Source: Bacteroidales bacterium
GTDB lineage: Bacteria > Bacteroidota > Bacteroidia > Bacteroidales > UBA7960
Length of the DNA: 64,000 bases
Assembly (NCBI GenBank): GCA_041686485.1
Contig: JAWLDT010000002.1
Coordinates: 22,492 to 86,491 of the forward strand
Direction: 5' to 3'
In this document: one piece after another, positions 8,030-17,676 of the stretch
Layout: every line of letters begins with the position of its first letter
Numbering within the stretch: the stretch's first letter is position 1
The notes under the pieces: model-generated
The model's database searches: none
Seen by the model: only the letters and a program-made list of their open reading frames with translations
What the model was told of the DNA's origin: nothing
Translations under genes and position numbers: made by a program

Positions 8030-9634
8030 ATGCCGTCAATCAACACAAGCATCAACAAAGGATTTTCCTGGAAAACCCATGAACATATCTCCTTCAAAGG
8101 ATATGCCTATGACCAGGAAGGGGATTTCCTGACAGGAAGTGACGCCATCGCCCTCTTCATGCACATAGAAACCGCTGAAAGCCTCTCTGCCCTGCTGCGT
8201 GAGCTTGACGGTGCTTTTACGGTCATCATCCGCAAACATGACGGGGTGCTTATCGGGGTAGACACCATGGCTATGTTTCCGGTTTTTTACACCTTCTCGG
8301 ATAACCAATGGCTGGTCGCGGACGATGCAGCCTCCCTGGCGGCACAGAAACCTGGCAAACAGTTGAACGAAACCGTATTGCCGGAATTTCTTGCGGGTGG
8401 CTTTGTGATGGGGTGCGACACCCTGATCCGGGGCATTTACAAATGCCGGGCCGGAGAGGTGCTGTTCCTTCCAAATCAGGGCAAACCCCGGCACCAGACT
8501 TATCACTGGTTTCTGCCACCATCTTTCACTGAGAAAGATTACCCTGTGCTAAAAAAAGAATTATCCGCTATTCTGGACAAGGTAACCGAACGCCTGATCC
8601 GATCGCTGGATGGTCGGCCCGCTGTTATCCCTTTAAGCGGCGGTTACGACTCCCGGCTGATCGCCTGCATGCTTAAAAAGGCCGGTTACCAAAACACCAT
8701 CTGCTTTACCTATGGAAGGCCTAACAAGGAATCCGAACTAAGCCAACGTGTCGCTGAAAAACTGGGTTTCCCGTGGTTCTTCACCGACTACCGCGGGGTT
8801 TACACAAGAACCCTTACAGAAGATCCGGAATTCCTGGCATATTGTGACCATGCCGGACACCTCTCGTCCATGCCCTTCCTTCAGGATTATTTCGCGGTCA
8901 GGAATATGCGTGAACAAGGCATATTGCATGATGATAGCGTATTCATCCCCGGCCATACCGGCGATTATGTGGCCGGCAGCTACCTGGAAAAAACCATCAG
9001 AACAAACAACCGGGAAAAGACAAGGGCAGCATATTTGATTGATAAGTATTTCAAATTTCTTCTTTTATCTAAAAAAGAAAAAGCAACCCTTACTGAGCGG
9101 CTCAATAGGTGGTTTGCACGGTATAGTCCGCCTGAAACAGAGGAGGTGCCCGGCTATGATATCTATATGGAGGACTGGGAATTAAAGGAAAAATTTGCCG
9201 GTTTTATATTTAATTCGGCTAATGTATTTCCGTTTTTTGGATATGCGTTTCGTCTGCCGCTTTGGGATAAGGTATTCAGAGAATTTTTCAGAAAGATTCC
9301 TTTTCAATACCGCTCCTACAAGAGATTGTATGATGAGGTGATCCAGGAAAAATACTTCAGGCCTTTCGGGGTTTCTTTTTCAGATGAGATTGGGGAAACG
9401 CCCCGGAAGATCAAGCGACAAAAGCGAAAAAAGCTTTTACGGCCATTTATACCCGCTTTTATTCGGAAAAAACGTATGCGGGACCGGGATTATCTATGCT
9501 ATCACAGGCTGACCCGCCCGATGAAACAGGATTTAAAGATTCATGGTACACAAGTACGCAGGCATATCAACGATTATAACGCGATAATTACACAGTGGTA
9601 TATCCAAGAAGCCCAAAAACGATGCGATACATGA
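8030..9634 (+). CDS. asparagine synthetase B-like amidotransferase/adenylating enzyme lacking the N-terminal catalytic Cys
   Basis: PP-loop IPLSGGYDSRLIA. An Ntn-like N-domain is present, but the protein starts MPSINT... rather than MC. The ORF track begins at a TTG at 7979; the first ATG is at 8030. Confidence 0.8.
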   Translation: MPSINTSINKGFSWKTHEHISFKGYAYDQEGDFLTGSDAIALFMHIETAESLSALLRELDGAFTVIIRKHDGVLIGVDTMAMFPVFYTFSDNQWLVADDAASLAAQKPGKQLNETVLPEFLAGGFVMGCDTLIRGIYKCRAGEVLFLPNQGKPRHQTYHWFLPPSFTEKDYPVLKKELSAILDKVTERLIRSLDGRPAVIPLSGGYDSRLIACMLKKAGYQNTICFTYGRPNKESELSQRVAEKLGFPWFFTDYRGVYTRTLTEDPEFLAYCDHAGHLSSMPFLQDYFAVRNMREQGILHDDSVFIPGHTGDYVAGSYLEKTIRTNNREKTRAAYLIDKYFKFLLLSKKEKATLTERLNRWFARYSPPETEEVPGYDIYMEDWELKEKFAGFIFNSANVFPFFGYAFRLPLWDKVFREFFRKIPFQYRSYKRLYDEVIQEKYFRPFGVSFSDEIGETPRKIKRQKRKKLLRPFIPAFIRKKRMRDRDYLCYHRLTRPMKQDLKIHGTQVRRHINDYNAIITQWYIQEAQKRCDT

Positions 9635-9746
9635 ACTGGCGCGAGGGGCTAAGAACAGACCAATGTATACCATCCATTATACAGAAATCTTACCCTTACA
9701 ATATAAGGTGGGTTTATTGGCATGACGATCTAACACAGGTCTGCAT

Positions 9747-10304
9747 CTACTCTTCCGGTTCAATCTGTCCTTCGAAGCTTTCCAAATAAGCATCCAGATC
9801 GGAATCCTCTTTAAAAACCCCTTCGCCAAAAAAAGACAACACCGCTTCCATGCTGTGGGGAGGTCTGAATCCCGGGATAGCCGTTATCAGGTTAAGGTTT
9901 TCATCAAAAAAAGCAATGGAAGGGTAGCTCATTTTTCCCTGCAACAGTGCAATAGCGAAATTATGCGTAGGACGGCGATCACCGAGGTTGTTATTTTCAT
10001 AGGTTGTTCCCCGGAACTCAATCGGCTCCTCCTGTTCGGCATTCAATTTCACAGGATAGAAGTTATTGTTAAGGTAATCTGCAATAACGGGATGCGCATA
10101 TGTTTGTGATGACATACGGCGGCACCAGCCACACCAGTCTGTATATACATCAACAAAAACCATTTTGGGTTCTTCTTCCACTTTTTCCTGGGCCTCTTCC
10201 ATTGTAAGCCAATTGACATCATTATTGGCGGATGCTTCATTTACTCCACTCATGAGGAGCGACATAACCAAAACAAGGAATAGGGATTTAGCGGATTGTT
10301 TCAT
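9747..10304 (-). CDS. exported thioredoxin-fold protein (CGWC active site)
   Basis: Signal peptide MKQSAKSLFLVLVMSLLMSGVNEASA and VFVDVYTDWCGWCRRM. Confidence 0.8.
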   Translation of the reverse strand: MKQSAKSLFLVLVMSLLMSGVNEASANNDVNWLTMEEAQEKVEEEPKMVFVDVYTDWCGWCRRMSSQTYAHPVIADYLNNNFYPVKLNAEQEEPIEFRGTTYENNNLGDRRPTHNFAIALLQGKMSYPSIAFFDENLNLITAIPGFRPPHSMEAVLSFFGEGVFKEDSDLDAYLESFEGQIEPEE

Positions 10305-10329
10305 AGTAAGTACATTTTTTCGTTACATG

Positions 10330-10337
10330 CAAAGATA
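10330..10337 (-). promoter_or_regulatory. -7 motif TATCTTTG for thioredoxin-fold gene
   Basis: TAnnTTTG on the minus strand, 26 nt upstream of the ATG at 10304. Confidence 0.45.
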
Positions 10338-10401
10338 ATTGAACTGCTGATAAAAACATGAGCCTTCATAAAATAACACACGGCTATTACATATTGTTTG
10401 T

Positions 10402-10409
10402 TACATTTG
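10402..10409 (+). promoter_or_regulatory. -7 motif TACATTTG for ABC permease gene
   Basis: TAnnTTTG 13 nt upstream of the GTG at 10422, which implies a very short leader. Confidence 0.35.
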
Positions 10410-10421
10410 TTCAAATTCTGA

Positions 10422-11654
10422 GTGGATGTGTTCTTAGGACGATCAAATATTGGGTCACTCTCTCCGGGCCAGATCACGTTGCGCCGGCTAAGGCGGAATC
10501 CTTTGGCTATGGCGGGAATGATATGGATTGTTTTGTCAGCCTTCCTTGCTTTGTTTGGCTATCTGGTCATCCCGGACAAGACACCCCATGCGAACCACCA
10601 ACAGCTGGAATTAGCCACGCACAGTCCCGGGACGTGCATGGACATTCTGCAAATCACCAAAAATCGGGAATATACTGCTCCTTCGTTGATTCAACAAATT
10701 CTTCATGGAAAACCATCACCCTACAACACCATACCGGTTCAAAACTGGTGGTTTTCGGAGGATACCCTGCACTACGAAACGTACCCCGGTCAGGAGGGAT
10801 ATCCCGGGCTGGAAGCCTGGGTCAGGCTTCCGGATGTTTTATTTGCTCTCCAAAAAAACAAAGGGATAGAGCGGATCTCCGGTGACACCCTGGCCTTCAC
10901 GGACGTATACGGCAACAGTCTGCGAAGGAGTATTGCAGCTATGCAGGAGGAGGTCATCAGTGATCATATCCGTACGCAAACCTTTCTGCTGGGGACAGAC
11001 CGTTTCGGGCGTGACATACTTAGCCAGATGATCCTGGGCACGCGCGTTTCCTTATCAGTAGGGTTCATTGCGGTATTTATATCCCTGGTTATTGGCATCA
11101 GCCTGGGCAGCATGGCCGGATTTTTCAGGGGGCGAACGGATCAGTTCATTGTATGGCTGATCAATGTTGTGTGGTCTATCCCTACCTTGTTGCTGGCCAT
11201 TGCCATCACATTCGCGTTGGGGAAGGGGTTCTGGCAGGTTTTCGTAGCTGTGGGACTTACCATGTGGGTAGAAGTAGCCCGTCTTGTTCGCGGCCAGGTA
11301 ATCAGCCTGCGGCAGGCAACCTTTGTGGAGTCGGCAAGGGCACTTGGACTTGACAGTTTTCGTATTATCCGGCGCCACATCCTGCCGGTGATTATGGGCC
11401 CGGTGGTGGTCATATCTGCAGCCAACTTTGCCTCCGCCATTCTGATCGAAGCCGGATTAAGCTTTCTGGGTATCGGCGTGCAACCACCCATGCCATCCTG
11501 GGGTAACATGATCCGTGAGCATTATGGATTCATTATTCTGGACAAGGCTTATCTTGCCATATTACCGGGCATGGCCATCATGTTGATGGTGCTCTCATTT
11601 ATGTTAATTGGGAATGGGCTTCGCGATGCCCTTGACAGAAGCGCCAAAGAATGA
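10422..11654 (+). CDS. ABC transporter permease, DppC/OppC-like, with long periplasmic loop after TM1
   Basis: LRRLRRNPLAMAGMIWIVL N-terminus. The C-terminal BPD_transp_1 core contains ESARALGLDSFRIIRRHILP (EAA loop). Confidence 0.85.
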   Translation: MDVFLGRSNIGSLSPGQITLRRLRRNPLAMAGMIWIVLSAFLALFGYLVIPDKTPHANHQQLELATHSPGTCMDILQITKNREYTAPSLIQQILHGKPSPYNTIPVQNWWFSEDTLHYETYPGQEGYPGLEAWVRLPDVLFALQKNKGIERISGDTLAFTDVYGNSLRRSIAAMQEEVISDHIRTQTFLLGTDRFGRDILSQMILGTRVSLSVGFIAVFISLVIGISLGSMAGFFRGRTDQFIVWLINVVWSIPTLLLAIAITFALGKGFWQVFVAVGLTMWVEVARLVRGQVISLRQATFVESARALGLDSFRIIRRHILPVIMGPVVVISAANFASAILIEAGLSFLGIGVQPPMPSWGNMIREHYGFIILDKAYLAILPGMAIMLMVLSFMLIGNGLRDALDRSAKE

Positions 11655-11665
11655 GGTATAGCCGC

Positions 11666-12319
11666 TTAACGTGCTTTTTTGCCCACTAATGGCACAAAAC
11701 GAAAATAGCCGAAAGACTCTTCTTCCAAATCATCATCACCATGCTTGGTGATCCGTTTCATAACCTGTGTATCGCCACTTCCCAGCGGGACCACCATCAT
11801 TCCACCGGGTTTTAATTGCTCCGGCAGCTTTTCAGGCAGGTAAGGTGCAGCAGCCGTGATGAGTATCCGGTCAAAAGGTGCAAAAGCCGGCAATCCTTCA
11901 TAGCCGTCTCCATAGAAAAGCTTTGCCTTATAATTCATTTCACTCAAAAGCTTTTTGGCTTTACGGTACAAAGACTGATACCGCTCAACGGAGAAAACAC
12001 GGGCTCCCATTTCTTCCAGCACACAGGCCTGATAGCCACTCCCTGTACCAATCTCCAGAACTTTATGACCCTTCTCCACCTGCAATATCTCCGTTTGGAA
12101 TGCCACCGTATAGGGTTGACTAATGGTCTGACCCGATCCTATAGGAAATGGTTTATCCTGATAGGCCATCTCCAGGAAAGAGGAATCCATAAAATAGTGA
12201 CGTGGCACAGACCCAATAGCATCCAAAACACGCTCATCCCGGATACCTTTCGAACGTATCTCTTCCACCAGTCTTTTTCGCATTCCTTTGTGCCGGTATG
12301 AATCCGTTATGTTAGTCAT
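11666..12319 (-). CDS. pcm: protein-L-isoaspartate O-methyltransferase
   Basis: GQTISQPYTVAFQTEIL and the SAM motif VLEIGTGSGYQACVL. Confidence 0.9.
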   Translation of the reverse strand: MTNITDSYRHKGMRKRLVEEIRSKGIRDERVLDAIGSVPRHYFMDSSFLEMAYQDKPFPIGSGQTISQPYTVAFQTEILQVEKGHKVLEIGTGSGYQACVLEEMGARVFSVERYQSLYRKAKKLLSEMNYKAKLFYGDGYEGLPAFAPFDRILITAAAPYLPEKLPEQLKPGGMMVVPLGSGDTQVMKRITKHGDDDLEEESFGYFRFVPLVGKKAR

Positions 12320-12383
12320 AATATCATTTTAAAGAGTGAAAAGGCTTTACGAAATTAAGCATTTCCAACACCATAAAAAACCC

Positions 12384-12391
12384 TACTTTTG
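12384..12391 (+). promoter_or_regulatory. -7 motif TACTTTTG
   Basis: TAnnTTTG upstream of the ATG at 12425. This argues against the TTG start at 12398 in the ORF track. Confidence 0.45.
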
Positions 12392-12424
12392 TAAAATTTG
12401 GTAAGTTATTATAAAACAATACAT

Positions 12425-13423
12425 ATGGCAACGGGTAAAATGAGAATTGGTGTTTTGGGTGCAGGGCACCTGGGGAAAATCCACATTAAATGTATTCAGG
12501 CATCAGACAGGTTTGAACTGGTCGGCTTTTACGATCCCGACAGGGAGACAGCTGACTCTGTTGAACAATCTTTTAATATTCAACGATTTACCTCTGAAAA
12601 GGCAGTGATTGACGCATCTGATATTGTTGATATTGTTACCCCGACCGTTTCCCATTTTGATTGTGCCTCACTCGCATTAAAACATGCCAAACACGTATTT
12701 ATTGAAAAGCCGCTTACAACGAGCCTGAATGAAGCAAAAAAGTTGATTGAGCTTGCCGGTGAAGCCAATGTAAAAGTCCAGGTAGGACATGTAGAACGAT
12801 TTAATCCGGCATTTATCGCAGCCAGACCTTATATTGACAACCCCATGTTTATCGAGGCCCATCGGCTTGGCCAGTTCAATCCACGGGGCACTGATGTACC
12901 TGTTACATTGGATTTGATGATTCATGATATTGATATTATCCTGAATATCGTGCGTTCAAATGTAAAAAAAGTGTCAGCAAGTGGCGTTTCTGTTATCTCT
13001 GACACGCCGGACATCGCGAATGCACGTGTGGAATTTCACAACGGGTGCGTAGCCAATTTGACTGCCAGCCGGATCTCCATGAAAAACATGCGCAAGACAA
13101 GATTCTTTCAGCATGAGGGATATATTGCAGTGGATTTTCTGGCCAAAGAAACCCAGATCATACGTATGAAAGAGGTTGGAGCAGAACCAGACCCACTGGC
13201 CATGATCATTGATATGGGGCCCCAAAAAAATCAGAAGCAGATCTATGTTGAAAAACCTGAAATAAAATCCATTAATGCCATTCAGACAGAACTGGAAACA
13301 TTCCATGATTCTATCACGGAAAATAAAGATCCCCTTGTCACCATCATGGATGGGTATGCATCTCTGGAACTGGCATATCAGGTCATGGACAAGATAGAAG
13401 ACAACCTGCAAATGCTGCCCTAA
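12425..13423 (+). CDS. Gfo/Idh/MocA-family NAD(P)-dependent oxidoreductase
   Basis: MRIGVLGAGHLGKIH Rossmann motif and EKPLTTSLNEAKKL motif. Confidence 0.85.
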   Translation: MATGKMRIGVLGAGHLGKIHIKCIQASDRFELVGFYDPDRETADSVEQSFNIQRFTSEKAVIDASDIVDIVTPTVSHFDCASLALKHAKHVFIEKPLTTSLNEAKKLIELAGEANVKVQVGHVERFNPAFIAARPYIDNPMFIEAHRLGQFNPRGTDVPVTLDLMIHDIDIILNIVRSNVKKVSASGVSVISDTPDIANARVEFHNGCVANLTASRISMKNMRKTRFFQHEGYIAVDFLAKETQIIRMKEVGAEPDPLAMIIDMGPQKNQKQIYVEKPEIKSINAIQTELETFHDSITENKDPLVTIMDGYASLELAYQVMDKIEDNLQMLP

Positions 13424-13465
13424 AATCAACCGGTTCACAGCATGCCTTTAATCAGCTCAAAATCC

Positions 13466-13533
13466 GATTGTATTTTCATACAATATGTCGTCCGGGGGGG
13501 CGTTATTTCATTACAATCTTTATCGGGATTGTA
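13466..13533. repeat. two hairpin-forming inverted repeats sharing the GATTGTA/TACAATC core
   Basis: GATTGTAT-tttc-ATACAAT (13466-13484) and TACAATC-tttatcgg-GATTGTA (13512-13533), flanking a G7 run at 13494-13500. Confidence 0.6.
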
Positions 13534-13598
13534 TGTAGTATGGCTTATTCACAGCGTTTTAACACCAACCACCAACCAACATAAACCAAACAACTTCA

Positions 13599-15023
13599 AT
13601 GAATAAACAGCTACAAAAGATTCAGGTTTTTAATTTTATCTTTTTTGATTACCTTGCAGCTACCCTTGCCTGGTTTCTGTTTATACATATCCTGGGTTCT
13701 GAAAACGGATTTGCCTTCAACAAATTCAAAGAGCAGATCTTCCTGGAGAATAACCTGATATTGGGCCTATTTATCATCCCTATATTCTGGCTGCTTCTAT
13801 ATTACCTGAGTGGTTCCTACAAAAACATATTCAGGCGATCCCGTCTCGGGCAACTCGGTCAAACTATCTTTATCTCCATAATAGGCGTTTTGGTGATCTA
13901 TTTTGTCATTCTGCTTGACCAGGAGGTAACTGCCAGCAAAGGATATTATCAATCCCTTTTGATTCTTCTCCTGTTACATGTATTCTTCACAGCCACCTTC
14001 CGGTTTATATTGTCAACCAGGATCATCAGAAAGATCCATAACCGAAAAATCGGGTTTAACACCATTATCATCGGAAGCCAGAAGAAAGCCATAGATATTA
14101 CAAAAGAGCTCGATTCGCATAATAAATCCGCGGGGAATAAACTGATTGGTTTTGTAACCGTCAGCAACCATGATCACTATCCCCTTGAGGACTACCTGCC
14201 CAGACTGGGCAGTTTTGACCAGGTCAGGGATATTATTGAGCAATACCAGGTTGAAGAAGCCATCATTGCCCTTGAATCCAGGGAGCATAAAAATATCAGC
14301 AAAATACTGACAGACCTGTATTCTACGGATGTTGTCGTGAAAGTCATTCCTGAGATGCATGATATTTTGCTGGGGTCTGTCAAGATGACCTCTATTTTTG
14401 GTACTCCGCTTATTGAGATCCATTCTGGTTTAATGCCCGCCTGGCAAAGCTCCATCAAGCGATTTATTGATATTGTCGTGTCAGCCACCAGTCTGGTTAT
14501 CCTGTCGCCACTGTTCCTGGTTACCGCCATTGGTGTGAAAGCAACTTCCAAAGGTCCGGTATTTTACAAGCACGAACGTATCGGGCTACATGGCAAACCC
14601 TTTATGATGCACAAGTTCCGTTCCATGTATGTGGATGCGGAAAAACACGGACCTCAGCTTTCCTGCAAAGACGATCCCCGCATTACCCCTTTTGGTAAAT
14701 TTATGCGCAAAGTAAGACTGGATGAGATTCCCCAGTTTTATAATGTGCTGCGTGGCTACATGTCGTTGGTAGGACCCCGGCCTGAGCGTCAGTATTATAT
14801 CGACAAAATCGTTGAAGAAGCCCCGCAATACAAGCTGCTGCAAAAGATCAAACCGGGTGTAACAAGCTGGGGGCAAGTGAAGTATGGCTATGCAGAAAAT
14901 GTAGATGAGATGATCGAGCGCCTGAAATACGACCTGCTCTACCTGGAGAACATGTCGCTGGCCGTCGATTTTAAGATTCTGATATATACGGTTTTGATTA
15001 TCCTGCAGGGGCGTGGGAAATAG
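13599..15023 (+). CDS. polyprenyl-phosphate hexose-1-phosphate transferase (WbaP/WcaJ-like initiating sugar transferase)
   Basis: N-terminal TM segments plus a C-terminal bacterial sugar transferase domain: PMFLV.., KFRSMYVDAE, DPRITPFGKFMRKVRLDEIPQFYNVLRGYMSLVGPRPE. Confidence 0.9.
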   Translation: MNKQLQKIQVFNFIFFDYLAATLAWFLFIHILGSENGFAFNKFKEQIFLENNLILGLFIIPIFWLLLYYLSGSYKNIFRRSRLGQLGQTIFISIIGVLVIYFVILLDQEVTASKGYYQSLLILLLLHVFFTATFRFILSTRIIRKIHNRKIGFNTIIIGSQKKAIDITKELDSHNKSAGNKLIGFVTVSNHDHYPLEDYLPRLGSFDQVRDIIEQYQVEEAIIALESREHKNISKILTDLYSTDVVVKVIPEMHDILLGSVKMTSIFGTPLIEIHSGLMPAWQSSIKRFIDIVVSATSLVILSPLFLVTAIGVKATSKGPVFYKHERIGLHGKPFMMHKFRSMYVDAEKHGPQLSCKDDPRITPFGKFMRKVRLDEIPQFYNVLRGYMSLVGPRPERQYYIDKIVEEAPQYKLLQKIKPGVTSWGQVKYGYAENVDEMIERLKYDLLYLENMSLAVDFKILIYTVLIILQGRGK

Positions 15024-15029
15024 ACTGGT

Positions 15030-15626
15030 TTACAACAAGCCCTCCTCAATAAGCTGAACAATCTCTTCCAGCTGCTGGTCCTCCCCCTCAGGCTCATACG
15101 CGGTTTTCAGATCATAACCAAAAAGCCGACCCAGCGACTGCCAGAAAAAAGCTGAAAAGGTGCCCCGAAAATCTTTGACAATGCTATAGGAAGTATGGCT
15201 GGTTTCACGGTCGATCAGCTTGATGAGGATCAAACCCTGCGAAAACGTAAGGCTTTTCAGGTCATCTTCGAAACGATCACGGATCTGTTTTTCGGCACTT
15301 TCTATAAAAGCCTTGCGTTCACGTTCGCTATCCAGTTCCATCAACCGGGCATTATAGGCCCGAAACATCTCACCGGCAAGGCGGGCATAGGGATATACCT
15401 TTTTTACGTTGCGTACTTTCCGCCTGTAGCGGTATTCTTGCAGACGATTATCAAACTCCCGCGGTGCAACAATTTCAACAGGTTCAAGCTCGATCACAAT
15501 CAGGGTATCTCCGTTGCTGATCCGGGCAGCAACAGTTATCCATTCATCTTTCAACGCATCCTGAGCGAAAAGCCCGGAATGGAGAAACAGAATTGAAAAC
15601 AGTGCTATGAATAGATATTTCACCAT
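15030..15626 (-). CDS. exported hypothetical protein (DUF4294-like)
   Basis: Signal peptide MVKYLFIALFSILFLHSGLFAQ. The LILIKLIDRETSHTSYSIVKDFRGTFSAFFWQ block is one I recall as DUF4294-like; not verified. Confidence 0.6.
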   Translation of the reverse strand: MVKYLFIALFSILFLHSGLFAQDALKDEWITVAARISNGDTLIVIELEPVEIVAPREFDNRLQEYRYRRKVRNVKKVYPYARLAGEMFRAYNARLMELDSERERKAFIESAEKQIRDRFEDDLKSLTFSQGLILIKLIDRETSHTSYSIVKDFRGTFSAFFWQSLGRLFGYDLKTAYEPEGEDQQLEEIVQLIEEGLL

Positions 15627-15638
15627 GGTTACCTATAG

Positions 15639-15668
15639 AAAAAGCGTCCACCGTATTAGGGGAACGCT
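15639..15668 (-). terminator. possible clpX terminator hairpin
   Basis: AGCGTTCC...GGACGCT imperfect stem followed by T5 on the minus strand. It lies only 13 nt before the next ATG, so its function is uncertain. Confidence 0.3.
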
Positions 15669-15713
15669 TCAAGATACAAAAAAATTATATAATTGAAAAG
15701 CCGTAAAACCTTG

Positions 15714-16958
15714 CTATGAAGCTGCCTTCAGGCGCTCCATCCTGGCATTTTCGAGACGATGGCGTGCATAATCCATAGTAAGATAAAAGGTCTCCTGTTT
15801 CTGCGGTTTGGAGGGAACTTCATACATGGCATCCAGCATGATCACCTCACAGATGGATCGCAGTCCGCGGGCTCCGAGCTTAAACTCAATGGCTTTATCC
15901 ACAATATAATCCAGCACTTCATCATCGATAACCAACTTCATATTATCCATTTCAAAAAGTTTGATGTATTGGTTCACCAATGAATTTTTGGGTTCGGTCA
16001 GAATTTGTCTGAGAGCCTGACGGTCAAGCGGATTCAGGTGTGTCAGTACCGGAAGTCGACCTACCAGTTCAGGGATGAGGCCATAGCTTTTAAGGTCCTG
16101 CGGAGCCACATATTGCAGCATGTTTTCCCGGTCGATCTGCTCACCCTTATTGATCCCATAGCCAATGGCATTGGTTTGCAGCCTGGACTGAATTTTTTTC
16201 TCCAGGCCATCAAAAGCCCCCCCGCAAATAAACAGGATACGCTCCGTATTGATCTGTAACATTTTCTGTTCAGGATGTTTGCGGCCACCCTGTGGTGGAA
16301 CATTCACCACTGCACCTTCCAGAAGTTTCAGCAATGCCTGCTGAACTCCCTCACCGGAAACATCGCGGGTTATGGAAGGATTGTCAGATTTCCTGGCTAT
16401 CTTATCCAGCTCATCAATAAACACAATACCACGTTCAGCGGTGGCTACATCATAGTCGGCCACCTGCAGCAGGCGGGCCAGAATGCTCTCAACATCTTCG
16501 CCAACGTAACCGGCTTCGGTAAGGACGGTCGCATCCGCGATGCAAAAGGGTACCTGCATCATTTTGGCAATCGTACGTGCCATCAATGTTTTGCCGGTGC
16601 CGGTCTCCCCCACCAGCACAATATTCGACTTTTCAAGCTCCACTTCATCTTCCTGTTTCTCTTTGGGAACCTGATAGTTGATACGCTTATAATGGTTATA
16701 CACGGCAACAGAAAGTACCTTCTTGGCCTCCTCCTGCCCGATCACATACTGATCCATATGTTTTTTGATCTCATCGGGCCTGAACAGCTCAAATGACGGT
16801 ATTTTCTTTTTTTCTTCCAGTGCCTTTTCTTCCTGAAGAATCTGATTCGCCTGTTCTACACATCGTTCGCATATCTGGGCATCAACGCCCGATATGACAA
16901 GCCCGAGGTTTTGCGCCTCCTTGCCGCAGAAAGAACACTTTTTGTTTTCTTTTGCCAT
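15714..16958 (-). CDS. clpX: ATP-dependent Clp protease ATP-binding subunit ClpX
   Basis: Zinc finger CSFCGK...CERC, Walker A GETGTGKT, and the IFIDELDKI box. Confidence 0.97.
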   Translation of the reverse strand: MAKENKKCSFCGKEAQNLGLVISGVDAQICERCVEQANQILQEEKALEEKKKIPSFELFRPDEIKKHMDQYVIGQEEAKKVLSVAVYNHYKRINYQVPKEKQEDEVELEKSNIVLVGETGTGKTLMARTIAKMMQVPFCIADATVLTEAGYVGEDVESILARLLQVADYDVATAERGIVFIDELDKIARKSDNPSITRDVSGEGVQQALLKLLEGAVVNVPPQGGRKHPEQKMLQINTERILFICGGAFDGLEKKIQSRLQTNAIGYGINKGEQIDRENMLQYVAPQDLKSYGLIPELVGRLPVLTHLNPLDRQALRQILTEPKNSLVNQYIKLFEMDNMKLVIDDEVLDYIVDKAIEFKLGARGLRSICEVIMLDAMYEVPSKPQKQETFYLTMDYARHRLENARMERLKAAS

Positions 16959-16983
16959 GGTTATAAATATTCGCGGCTTACGG

Positions 16984-17673
16984 CTACTTCTCTGAAGCCG
17001 GTTTGTTTGTAATCAGTACTTCATCAATCATGCCATACTGCTTTGCTTCCTCTGAGGTCATCCAGAAATCGCGATCCGCATCTTTCCAGATCTTCTTATA
17101 ATCCTGGCTGGAGTGCGAGGCAATGATCTCATACAGTTCTTTCTTGATCTTCTGGATTTCCCGGGCGGTGATCTCAATATCGGAAGCCTGACCTTCTGCA
17201 CCACCCATGGGCTGGTGAATAAGGATACGGCTGTGCCTCAAAGCCGTACGTTTCCCTTTGGTACCTGAGCTAAGCAATACCGCTCCCATGGAGGCTGCCA
17301 TACCAGTACAAATGGTCGCCACATCAGGCGCAATGTACTGCATGGTATCATAGATACCCAGGCCTGCATATACGGAACCACCCGGGGTATTGAGATAGAT
17401 CTGAATATCTTTCTTCGGATCTACAGATTCCATATATAATAACTGAGCCTGAATAATGTTGGCCACATAATCATTGATCGGCACACCCAGGAAAATGATG
17501 CGGTCCATCATCAACCGGCTAAACACATCCATGGTGGCAACATTCAGTTGTCGCTCCTCAATAATGGTCGGGCTGATATAATTGCCATAAGCCGACGTAA
17601 AATTATGCATGGTCATGCTGCTGATACCCATATGTTGGGTCGCAAACTTTTGAAAATCATCTTTATTGCTCAT
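16984..17673 (-). CDS. clpP: ATP-dependent Clp protease proteolytic subunit
   Basis: [21 protein letters not shown]...[15 protein letters not shown] (catalytic Ser context) and ILIHQPMGG. Confidence 0.97.
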   Translation of the reverse strand: MSNKDDFQKFATQHMGISSMTMHNFTSAYGNYISPTIIEERQLNVATMDVFSRLMMDRIIFLGVPINDYVANIIQAQLLYMESVDPKKDIQIYLNTPGGSVYAGLGIYDTMQYIAPDVATICTGMAASMGAVLLSSGTKGKRTALRHSRILIHQPMGGAEGQASDIEITAREIQKIKKELYEIIASHSSQDYKKIWKDADRDFWMTSEEAKQYGMIDEVLITNKPASEK

Positions 17674-17676
17674 GAT

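Noticed and set aside
8030-9634. Reading the Cys-less AsnB-like protein as a lasso-peptide cyclase (RiPP cluster).
   Set aside because: The window has no transglutaminase-like leader protease, no PqqD-like RRE and no plausible short precursor ORF nearby. The neighbours are a flippase and a GT4, which favours glycan chemistry.
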